A DNA stretch of 64,000 nt from Antechinus flavipes (Eukaryota), in the NCBI RefSeq assembly GCF_016432865.1, contig NC_067402.1, forward strand, positions 296,236,001-296,300,000. Direction: 5' to 3'. Positions 24,726 to 34,504 of this stretch are shown in pieces. Under the pieces are notes generated by a model that made no database searches, was not told the DNA's origin, and saw only the letters and a program-made list of their open reading frames with translations. The position numbers and the translations under genes were made by a program. Numbering within the stretch: the stretch's first letter is position 1; every line of letters starts with the position of its first letter.

Positions 24726-24731
24726 TTTATT
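24726..24731 (-). terminator. RABL2 polyadenylation signal
   Basis: AATAAA on the minus strand about 340 nt after the stop, followed by a U-rich tract, in otherwise GC-rich DNA. Confidence 0.75.
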
Positions 24732-25068
24732 TTTTCTGTTCCTCAGGTGGATGCGTACATCACCTCATTGCCCTCGCTGCCCCCGGTTCCGAATGGGGGG
24801 ATGGTCGGCCCGGGGCATGTCCCAACCCTGCCCCGGTGGGGGATGGCTGCCCTCTCGGTCACCGCTCTGTCTCTGGGATGGCTCCGCGGCTGCATCCCTT
24901 TCCGCTTGGGGTCTCGGGCCTCCTGCCGCACCCCAGAGCCGAGGGGGAGCTGGGCGAGGGCAGCAGGAGCTGGCACGGAGGGGAGGTGGGGGGGCGGGGC
25001 TCGGGCCGCTTGGGACAAGGTGACTCAGGGTGCTGGGGTGGTGAGGAGAGGGGAGGGCAGAGGGTGAC

Positions 25069-25149
25069 TCAGGGGGATGGAAGGTTCAGAGAGGCTTCGC
25101 TCGGTTCCGATTCCGTCACGGACCCCACCTTCTTCTCCAGCTCAAAGTT
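25069..25149 (-). CDS. RABL2: RABL2 last coding exon (NFELEKK...LPSP*)
   Basis: Acceptor ttctggcag|aac; phase 0; TGA. Confidence 0.88.
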   Translation of the reverse strand, partial: NFELEKKVGSVTESEPSEASLNLPSP

Positions 25150-28100
25150 CTGCCAGAAAAGCCGTAGGTGAGACCGGCCTTGGCCAGGTCCCAAGTCAGA
25201 GGGCGCCCAGAGGAGGGGGCCCGCCCCGCCCTCCCCGCTCCCCACCACCCACCTCGAGTTCTTGTAAGATCTCGTCCATGAAGTCTTGGGAATTCTGTTT
25301 GTAAGAAACCGCCAAACGGATAGCATCATTGAAGAGCTGGGGGGAAGAGAAGGCGGGTCCTGGAGGGCAGGGGCGGGGCTCCCCGACATCCCTCGCCCCG
25401 GCCCGGGCCCGGGCTCCCCCCTCGCCCCCAGCCCAACCCGTTACCTTCACCACGTTGGTGCCGTCGGCGGCCGAGACGAAGTACAGAGGCAGTGAAAACT
25501 TCCTGGCAAAGTTGAAGCTTTTCTGGGTTACCTTGGTGTCGGCTGCAGAGGGGGAGAGGGTCACGGCAAGTAGCGGAAGAAGGGGGTGCAAGCCCAGTCC
25601 CCCCCAGCCTCCCCTCCCTCCACGAGGGGCGGCTCCCACCATCAATCTTATTGGCCACCACGACGCAAGGGATCTCGGGGCGGAACTCTCGAAGCTCCGC
25701 ATACCAGGTGTTCAGGTTCTTGTAGGTGACTTTTCTCTGCACGTCAAACACCTGGGGAAACAAGAAGGCGGGGCTCTCCACCAGGCCCCGCCCCCAGCCC
25801 GGAGCCCTCGGGACCCACACCTTCAGGACTTTAAGGGAAGACGGCGGATTAAGGGGCCCGGGTGCTCCCGAGCCGCAGGCACCGAGGACTCCCCCCTTTG
25901 TTTCTGGGAGCGAGCCCCAGAACTCTGGGGAAAGCGCAGTCCGTGTTCCGGCTCTGCAGGGGGCAGGAAGCCCCCGATTCAGCAGGAATCGCCATAATCC
26001 CAGCCCCCCACCCCCGGGGCAGAAGGGAGCGGGAGCGCAAGGCTGCTTGGGAGGCGGACCCCAGGAATGACTAAATGCCCAACTCCCCGGCTCCCCCCTG
26101 AACAAGGGAGCTCCCAAAGGGCCCCCCGGGCTGCTCCCTTACACGCCCAGGCTCCTTCTGGAGGACAAAGTGGCCGGTTCTTCCCGGAACCCTCTCTCCC
26201 TCTCCCTCCAGGGCACTCTGCTGGGTGCTTCCGCCCCTCCCGGCCAGTCTGGCACCGGCACGGGCATCTCCCTCACCTCAACGTCAGCACTCGCACGGAT
26301 GAGCCACCCAGAACGGTGCCGGGGATCAGAGCCAGACCCGAAGGGATGGGGCGGCCTCAGCTGGGGAGGGCCGTGCCAGAGGGAGCCGGCCCCGGGGGCT
26401 TGGGACCCAGGCAGGAGAGCTCCCGCCAGAGCTGGCCCCGAGGGGCCTTTCCTGAGCCCCGGTAACTACCTTGCCCGCGGAAGAAACTCTGTGAGAAGGG
26501 GTCTTCGCGGACAGTTCTGCAGGTGGGCGGAGCCACATTTAGAGCCCGGAAGAACGCCTGCTCTATCTCCCAGGAGCCGCCTCCTTAGGGGGAGTCAGGG
26601 GAGGGGGTCCTGACCCCGGATGCCATGATTTTCCATGAGCCCCTCCTGGGGCCACCCCCAGGGTCCCGGCTCTAGCCAACAGGCTGTGGGATACTTGGGA
26701 CCCCCTCCGGTGGGCGCCGCCTTTTCACACTAAGAATGGCTTCCCTGCCCTTGGGAAAGGCACCACACCAAATGGAGGCGTCGCCAAGGAGCCAAGCCTA
26801 TGAAATCGGGAGGTGACTTTTTCCCATCCAAGACCAGACTCCCTAAAAGCTACCCGAGAGCATGGGGCAGCAGACACGGGGAGACGGCCTCACTGGACGG
26901 GGGAGAGAGCCAAAAGGCTTCAGGGAACCCTTGGGTCCGGGCCCTGCCCCCTGACGGCCCCATCTGAGCCCTCGGGAAGCTCCAAGCCGGCGCCTTCCTG
27001 GAAGGATCCAGCCCCTGGTAAGGCTCTCCCAAGCTGGGGAGCGAGGGCCCGGCCAGAGCAAAGGGGGCTGAGGTGAGAGGGGAGGCAGATGGGCACCGCA
27101 GACGCAGCCTGAGACCCCAGCCCTGCCCCAGCGGGCCGCCCTCCCAGGGCTGCAGCTCTCACGCCTCGCTGCCCCAACTCCTCAAGCTCAGAGGCTGAGG
27201 GGTGGGGGCCAGCCACCAGTGAAGAACTCTGGGATGGGACGGACCACTCCATCCTTGGTCCCGGCCGGGGCTGGAGGGACGGTGGGACCCTGGGGGAAGC
27301 CGGGGCCCTGCCCGGCCCAGAGCAGTCCCCAGGACGCCTCGGTCACCTACCATGATGCAGGCGTGGGCCTTGTGGTAGTAGGAGGCGTGCATGCTCTGGA
27401 ACCTCTCCTGCCCCGCCGTGTCCCAGAAATCTGCCACGAGAAGGCGGACGTCAGGCTGCGCCCGGCGGGAGCAGGAGCCTCCGGGAGCAGCGCACAAATG
27501 CAGGGGCGGAGGGGGGTGACACGTGCACAGGGCCCCGGGCCCTGCCTGTGAATCCCCAGGGGGGGGGCAAGCTCTGCAGTGACGGGGGAGGGGGCGCTGT
27601 CTGCACATGTGCTGCTGCCCGGAGACCTTCTCTCCCTTCACGCCTCCTCCTGCCCCCCTTCCCCGTCACTGACCCCCCGGGCAGGAAGGGGGTGCACAGG
27701 GGGGCTGCAGGAGGCAGGTGAAGGCCCCAGTCTCCCCTCCCGGGGCGTCACTCACCCACAAGGATGGTTTTACCGTCGATAGTGGTCGTGTGCTTGTAGA
27801 GGGTCAGGGCGTAGGTGGAGAGCTGCTGGGGCCGGCTGCACCCCCGTTAAGGACGCGTCTAACGGGCGGCGGGCCGGGGCCCAGGGGAGCCGCAGCGGCT
27901 GGGAAACAGCGCGGGGAGCTCCCTGCCTAGGAGACGGGGGAGCCCGGGGGAGCGGCTGAGGTCACTGGGAGTCAGGCGGGGAGCGGGGAGGGACAGAGAC
28001 AGAGGTAAAGGGAGACAGAGACACAGACAGAGACAGGGAAGCAGGGCAGGGGAGGCAGGGACAGGCAGGGACAGGCAGGGGCCGGGCCGCCCTGGAGCCG

Positions 28101-28871
28101 TCAGGGGTTCCCAGCTGCCCCCGGGGCCCCGGCCCCCACTAGATCCCTGGGACTTTTCCAAGGGAAGGACTCTGTTCTGTGCCCAGGGCAGCTGGGCGGG
28201 GGGAGGGGGGAGACTGGCAGACGGGGTGCCGAAGGATACAATCCGTCCATGAGGAATCTCTCCATGAGCCTGCAAGCACAAGTGGGGGTGGTCGGTACAC
28301 GCCCCTCCCCCTCCCCCCCAAGGCTCCGGCAGCCCCGAGCGCTGGGACCCCGGCCTCAGTTTCCCCCTCTGCCACAGGGGCCACTCCCGGGCACCAGCTT
28401 CTCCCTACACTCCCCGACTCCCGGGAGAGGCTGGGGGCCAAAAGCAGCGGCCCTGGGTTCCAGTCCTGCTCCGGGACCCGCGAGCCTCCCGGGACCTGCA
28501 GGGAGGGCCCCCTTGCACCATCGCACGAGAACAAGGGGCCCTTCAGCCCGCTGGAATTCAGGCTCCTCCCACCCACGCCTGGCCCCGGCGCTCAAGGCTT
28601 TTCCCTCTCCCAAGCTCAGCATTCAGGTCCTCCTGGAGCTCGGCGTTCAAGGCTCCCCTGTCCCTGAGCTCGGCGGTCAAGGTCCCGTCCCCCCCACGCA
28701 CTTGGACTTGCCCACGGCGCTGTCCCCAAGGCAGATGATCTTGACGTTCTCGGCCGCGTCGTACTTTTCCTGGTCGAACTCCGGCTCCACGTCCGCCCCG
28801 ACCCCGGCCCCGGCGCCGACCCCAGGCCCGGTTCCGGCCCCGGCCCCGGCCCCAGCGGGCTCCCCCGCCAT
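25069..28871 (-). CDS. RABL2: Rab-like GTPase RABL2, 8 coding exons, 244 aa
   Basis: Exons 28871-28702, 28269-28240, 27835-27756, 27430-27351, 25751-25640, 25542-25445, 25336-25253 and 25149-25069; all GT-AG; 735 nt. Motifs KIICLGDSAVGKSK, DFWDTAGQERFQSMHASYY, VVANKID, FVSAADGTNVVK. Confidence 0.96.
25253..25336 (-). CDS. RABL2: RABL2 coding exon 7 (LFNDAIRLAVSYKQNSQDFMDEILQELE)
   Basis: 84 nt, canonical splice sites. Confidence 0.95.
25445..25542 (-). CDS. RABL2: RABL2 coding exon 6 (ADTKVTQKSFNFARKFSLPLYFVSAADGTNVVK)
   Basis: 98 nt, canonical splice sites. Confidence 0.95.
25640..25751 (-). CDS. RABL2: RABL2 coding exon 5 (VFDVQRKVTYKNL...VVANKID)
   Basis: 112 nt, canonical splice sites. 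Confidence 0.95.
27351..27430 (-). CDS. RABL2: RABL2 coding exon 4 (DFWDTAGQERFQSMHASYYHKAHACIM)
   Basis: 80 nt, canonical splice sites. Confidence 0.96.
27756..27835 (-). CDS. RABL2: RABL2 coding exon 3 (RPQQLSTYALTLYKHTTTIDGKTILV)
   Basis: 80 nt; gtgcag| ... gtgg|gtgagt. Confidence 0.95.
28240..28269 (-). CDS. RABL2: RABL2 coding exon 2 (LMERFLMDGF)
   Basis: 30-nt exon; cttgcag| ... tt|gtatcc. Confidence 0.93.
28702..28871 (-). CDS. RABL2: RABL2 coding exon 1 with Gly/Ala-rich N-terminal extension
   Basis: gccATGG start; DQEKYDAAENVKIICLGDSAVGKS; donor aa|gtgcgt. Confidence 0.92.
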
Positions 28872-29326
28872 GGCGTCCCGGCCTCGGGCTCGGCAGCGTC
28901 GTCCCTGCTGCTATGCAACCGCAGGGGCTGCCCGCGCCGGACGCCAGATGGACTGCGGGGAGGCCCCCGGGGCTGCCTTCGGCGCCGCCTGAAGGACCTC
29001 GCTACAAGCGCGCACGCGCAAATCCCCGCGCAGAGCGCGGGATGCATAGGGCCACACTGAGGGGCAAGGAGTACAGACACGGGCCGCAGGGGGGCGCACG
29101 GGGACTCAGGAGCACGCATAGCTGCGCAAGGGCGGGACGCACGGCGGGTGGGAGGAGGTGTGTGTGGCTGGGGAGCAGTAGAACCACGAGGGACGTACAG
29201 GACCTCAGGAGCGCGTACGCGAGCACGTCAGAGCACGCCGGGGAAGGTCCCGGCGAACTTTACTCTGAGTGGGGAAGCGGGGGCCCGCCGGCGCGGTTCA
29301 GACCGGCTCCCCCGGAAGATGGCGGC
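28872..29326. promoter_or_regulatory. Bidirectional CpG-island promoter of RABL2 and NME6
   Basis: 447 bp between divergent ATGs, CpG-dense. X-box-like GTTGCATAGCAGC (28907-28919, minus), NRF1-like GCGCACGCGCA (29010-29020), ETS CCGGAAG plus YY1 AAGATGGCGGC (29312-29326). Confidence 0.75.
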
Positions 29327-29411
29327 GCTGGGGCGTGGGGGCGGCCGCCTGCTGCAGCTCACCCTGGCTCTGATCAAGCCGGACGCCGTGGCCCATCCCC
29401 TGATCCTGGAG
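29319..29411 (+). CDS. NME6: NME6 exon 1
   Basis: aagATGG; LTLALIKPDAVAHPLILE|gtgccc. Confidence 0.92.
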
Positions 29412-30595
29412 GTGCCCGGGCCGGGCAGGGAGAAAGGAGGGATGGTTGGGGAGGACTGTCCGGCGGCAGCGGAGCCCTGAAGGCCGTCCAAGGAGGCGAG
29501 CGCTTCTTTCCGTAGGGAGCCGTGGAAGGCTTCGGAGCGAGAGCGGCAGTGACCTAGCGGGGTTAGGAGCACGGCTGGGATGGCCCAGACCCTGTGCATG
29601 TGGGGAGGGGAGGCGCCCCCTCTGCCCCCAGCCTGGGACCCTTCCCTAGTAATAAAGCAGGACTTTGAGTTTGCCGAGGGCTCGCGCTCTTATAGGCAGG
29701 AAACAGGCAGAGAACGCGTCTGAGCTTTGGAGCCCGGGAGTCTGGCTGCCGGAGGGCCGAGGGGTGTCGCTGCCGGGCGCCCCCTGCAGGCTGAGGCCGG
29801 AGTTACCATAGGCAGGCGCTGCAGGGATGCTCATCCTGGGAGGCCCCGGGGGAGGGGGTCCCCCGGACTGGCTTTTTAGCCGCCCCGGCTTCCTTCCAGG
29901 CCATTCACCAGCAGATCCTGAGCAGTCAGCTCCTCATCGTGCGCGTGCGAGATCTGGCCTGGAGGCGGGAGGAGTGCCAGAGGTTTTACCAGGAGCACGC
30001 AGGTGGGCGGGGCCCGGCCCCGGGAGGGGGGCGGGTGGGGCGCCCCCTGCAGGATGCCAGCTCTGTCCGTCTGTCTCCCACAGGGCGCTTTTTCTACCAG
30101 CGGTTGGTGGAGTTCATGGCCAGGTACCCCCGCTTCTCCTGGGGAGGGGGGGTGGGTGTGGAGCTCATGGGTCACCCCCTTTCCTCATCCCCAGTGGCCC
30201 CATTCGGGCCTACATCCTGGCTCACGAGGACGCCATTCAGCTCTGGAGGAACTTGATGGGACCAACCAAGGTGTTCCGCGCCCGCTACGTGGCCCCGGAC
30301 TCCATCCGTGGGCGCTTCGGCCTCACGGACACGCGCAACACCACCCATGGCTCAGGTGGGTGCGGGGAGAGGGCGAGGGCGGGCGGGGCCTTCCTGGGAG
30401 CACTGACCCCCCCTTCTCTCCCCAGACTCCGTGGTCTCTGCCCGCAGAGAGATCGCCACCTTCTTCCCCGACTTCGATGAGCGGCGCTGGTACCAGGAGG
30501 AGGAGCCCGGCCTGCGCTCTGGCCCCGTGTACTATGACCCCGAGGGAGGCATTCACTGCCCCCAACCGGCCGCCCCTGCCAGTGACCTGGCCTGA
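29319..30595 (+). CDS. NME6: Nucleoside diphosphate kinase 6, 5 exons, 188 aa
   Basis: Exons 29319-29411, 29900-30002, 30084-30123, 30195-30355 and 30426-30595; all GT-AG; 567 nt. LQLTLALIKPDAVAHPLILE, RFFYQRLVEFMASGPIRAYILAH, TDTRNTTHGSDS (catalytic His). Confidence 0.96.
29900..30002 (+). CDS. NME6: NME6 exon 2
   Basis: ttccag|AIHQQIL...CQRFYQEHA g|gtgggc. Confidence 0.94.
30084..30123 (+). CDS. NME6: NME6 exon 3
   Basis: 40 nt, RFFYQRLVEFMA. Confidence 0.94.
30195..30355 (+). CDS. NME6: NME6 exon 4
   Basis: 161 nt, GPIRAYILAH...TDTRNTTHGS. Confidence 0.95.
30426..30595 (+). CDS. NME6: NME6 exon 5
   Basis: DSVVSARREIATFFPDF...*; TGA at 30593-30595. Confidence 0.94.
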
Positions 30596-32129
30596 GCCTC
30601 GGTTTTCTCCTCTGGGAAAGGCCCCATGGTCCTACCTCACAGCTTTGTGGTGAGGATTCAGTGAGAAAAACACCTGGTCAGCCTCGGGGTAATGTCTGCC
30701 CTGGTGTCTGACTGGCTCTCCCTCCTCCTTCCTCCTCCTCCAGACCTGCCGGAGGGGCTCCAGGCTCCCCCTGCAGCCCCCTAAACTCCCACTCCCCTCC
30801 ACCTCAGTCCTGTGGCTTTGGCCAGAAAGTCCTTCTCGGGCCTCCCCTGCCCCAGCCCCTGCCCTTGTCCGGGACAGCATTTTAGAGCACATCAGCTGGA
30901 GGTTCCTGCCTCCCCCCATCGGCCTGTGCGGAAGGCAGCCGGTTTTTGCCTTCCGGGGGAGCTACAGACCTCTCCCACAGCCCGGCTGCCTTGCTTTGGT
31001 CCCTCAGGCTCATCCTGTCCTTCCTAACTCCGGCCCCTTCCTGCAGCTCGAAGCCTGGGAAAACCCCTAAGTCTTCTCAGGTCATTTCTCCGGCTTGGGA
31101 AATTGGTGTCTCAGGTCCAGTTAGATCTGGCCTTTGGATTCCAGTCCAGGTAGACCCGAGTTCAAATCCTGCTTCAGACGCTCTAGCTGTGGAGACCACG
31201 TCCATATCCTTGCATGGGAAGCTTTCTCTAAGGCCTCTCGAGGACTTGGGTGAGATTCTGCAGCACCCCCTGCAAAAGCTCTGATCTGACACAGTGCCTT
31301 CTGGGAGTCATGCTGGCCCTTGGGTTCCCCAACAACGTTATTCACTCCTTATTCGCTCCCTGTCATCGGCAGATGGAAGTTTCTTTGACGTTGAGCCCTG
31401 GCCCGTCCCTGTTCCTTGTACTTTTCTTATCTCTTTTCTCATCAAGCGTCCCCTTGTCCTTCCTGGCCCTTTTCTTTCTCTCTCCCATGTGGGGATCCCC
31501 GGTGTCTGAGCCCCCCACCCCCCGAAAAGCTTTTTGCTGAGCTCCCCCACAGGATGCTCCACTCCACAGTTGCCTGTCTGTTCTTGCATCTTGTACAGAC
31601 TGGTCAGCTTTTGATTTCTGCCTTAGCTGCCCCCTCGTTTGGGGTCGCCTCTCCTTGTTGCCAGCTACCTCTCCCTTCCAGCTGCACCTCCACGGAGGAC
31701 TTGGGACTAGGAGCCAGGCTATCACCCCAGTGCCGGCCGCCTTTTCTCCCCAAAAACCAATTTAATCGCGTGTGCCCTTGGTTGGGTTCTCCTGTCACAC
31801 TCATCCCTGAGGGACAAAATTTGCCCCAGGAAGCTGGGGCGTTGTGTAGACTCAGTCTGCCAAAAATTCACCACAACATACCAAGGTTGTGCCTCTTAGC
31901 TGCTAGCGGGTCTCCGCCTTCAGTTTCCTTACCTGTAAACTGGACATCCAGGTGTGGCCTGGAGCTTAGTACAAAGTGCTTTTTAAACCTCCTGGGATCA
32001 GGGAAGCGGGGCAATTGGCCTTCAGACATCCCCTAGGAGAAGCAACGTAGCTGCGCCCTGAGAACTGGACATTGTTTATGTGGTTTAAGCCCTTTCTTCC
32101 ATTTTCCCAATGAATCCATGGTTGAGGCA

Positions 32130-33010
32130 TTTGAACAGGCAGTATTCAGTTAAAGAAAGCAAAGCTATCTATAGGCATATGGAAAAGGGCTTTAAATTAC
32201 TTTTGATGAGAGAAATGCAAATTTAAAACAACTCTGAGACACCCGTTGGCACCTCTCAGATTGGCCAAAATGCTGGAGAGGATGTGGAAAAATGGGGACT
32301 AATGCATTGGTGGTAGAGTTGTGAACTGATGGAGCCATTCTGGAGTGCCATTTGCAACTATGTCCAGAAGATGACCAAACTGTGTACCTTTTAACTCAGC
32401 AATACCACTGCCAGGTCTGTAATTCAAAGAAATTATAAAAAAGAGGAAAGGACCTATTTGTGCAAGCAAGTGGTAGCAAAATGCTGGAAATTGAGAGGGT
32501 GCCCATCAATTTAGAAATGGCTGAATAACTTGTATATGAATGTAACGGAGTACAATTGTGCTGTAAGAAATTACGAGCGGGCAAATTGCCGAAAAGCTGG
32601 AAAGTTGGGTACAAATTGATGGAAAGTGAAATGAGCAGAACTAGGAAAGCAGTGTACACAGTACCAGCGACATGGTGTGATGGAGCTGTTATGAATGACT
32701 CGGATCTTCTCAGCAGCACAAGGCCCAAGACAAGTACAAAGCACTCCTGAAGGAAAATGTTGTTCGTATCCAGAGAAGATAGATGGGATCTGAGTGCAGA
32801 TTGAAGCACATTTTTTCACTTTATTAATGGGTTTTTTTTCCCTTTTGAGTTATTTCACAACTGATTAATATAGAAATGTCTTGCATGATAGCACATGTAT
32901 AAATTAGATCAAACTGTTTCCGTTTGGAAGAGAGGAGAAAAAGGAAGGAGAAAACTTTGAAATTCAAGAAATTGTAAAAATGAATGCTAAGGAACTTTCC
33001 TGTATCAAGG
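32130..33010 (+). mobile_element. Old LINE-1 ORF2 C-terminus and 3' UTR
   Basis: gagaaatgcaaatttaaaacaactctgag...gctggagaggatgtggaaaa...gggtgcccatcaatt; many disablements. Confidence 0.8.
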
Positions 33011-34504
33011 AGAAAAAATAAAATACTATTTTATATACATTTTTAAATCGTTTTCTCTGGGAGTTGGGGCCTATGGGAGAACAGATGGAATGATTCAGAT
33101 AGGTCTGGCCAAACCTACTGACTAAGGAAAACAGCCTCTGTATTCCTGGTTGCCATCTCTGTCGTCCCTTCCTTGGTCCCCTGGAGGAGGACTGCATGAG
33201 CCCAGGTGGAACAGCACTGGGAGGTTCTGGTTCTGGGGAGTAGGTGCAGGAACAAGGAATAGGCTTTTCTGGGTGCTCATTAAGGTCTGGTATGTTAGCC
33301 CATGGGGTGTTTTACTCAAAAACAGCTCTCAGAGGCCCCTGAGAAGGGTTGCATGACATTTCTGCATAAAGACTTGTTAAGGGGGATTTGTTATTCTGCT
33401 GAACATTCAAGGACTCAGACACCAAAGTCTGGAAGCTTATTAGTGAGGATGCTGAGAGATGATGGGAAGCAGAGAGGGATTTTCTGTGTTGAGACAGAAT
33501 GGGAATTGGGGAAATTTTCAAGACAATCTGACATGAAGTTTCATAAAGCATAGATGTTAAGTCCTGAATGTCATTTAAAAGAACAAAATGCAGAAGTGTT
33601 CACTATGCATTTAGGAAGTACCTACTGTATTACTGGATAAGGGGCCAAGTGCTGGGGATACAAAGGAAGGCAAAGGACAAGCTATAAAGAGAGCTTGATC
33701 TCAGAGGGAAGGCATTGAGATTAAGGATGAGAAAGTCTCAGAGGGGAGGAAGGGCAGGAGGAACAATTAGAGAATGTCCAGAGCTGGAAGGGACAGTCTT
33801 GTTTGGGAAGGCCTAGGTGGGAAAAGGCCATGATGGGTGGAGGGAGGACATTACACAAAGATTGAGAGGGGGCAGGTTATGGAGGGTGGGTGCCAAGCAG
33901 AGCATTTTGTACTGGACAGAGGGTGATAAGGAGCCACGGGGGTTCACTGAGTAGTGGGGTGATATGGTCAGATTGGCATTTTGGGAAAGTTATTTATGGG
34001 ATGAATCATCAGTCTGACACTTCAGATGTGGAGAAAATATAAAGGGTTTATCAAAGATTTTCCAGAATTTATGTATGGGCAGGATGCAAGATAAACAGCT
34101 AAATCGCCTCTGTTTTTATGCCCTTTCTTAAACTGCTCTGGCTGCTTCTTTTTACCCGAATTGTTCCCCACTGACATAATTAATGTTGACATTGGCCCTT
34201 TTCTTACCTGGGAGATGCTCTGTTTTGTGAAACTCCAGTGGTTTTCTATACAAACAATCCTGCAGTTTCCCCACCATCCTATTGCCTCCATTTTCTGTTT
34301 TGCAGCCCTCAGGTAGCACAATTTCCCTTATACACATACTCAGAAATGCTCCCTCAGAGTCAGCAGCATGGCCAATGACACCTTCAGCTCTGAGGCTAGA
34401 ATGCCATTGTACAAAAATGACAGTCCTACTGTTCTCTGCTCAGGTCTGGGTTCATTCCTCTCCTTCTTCCTCCTGGTTTTTGTCCTCTTCCGGTTCTTTG
34501 TCCA

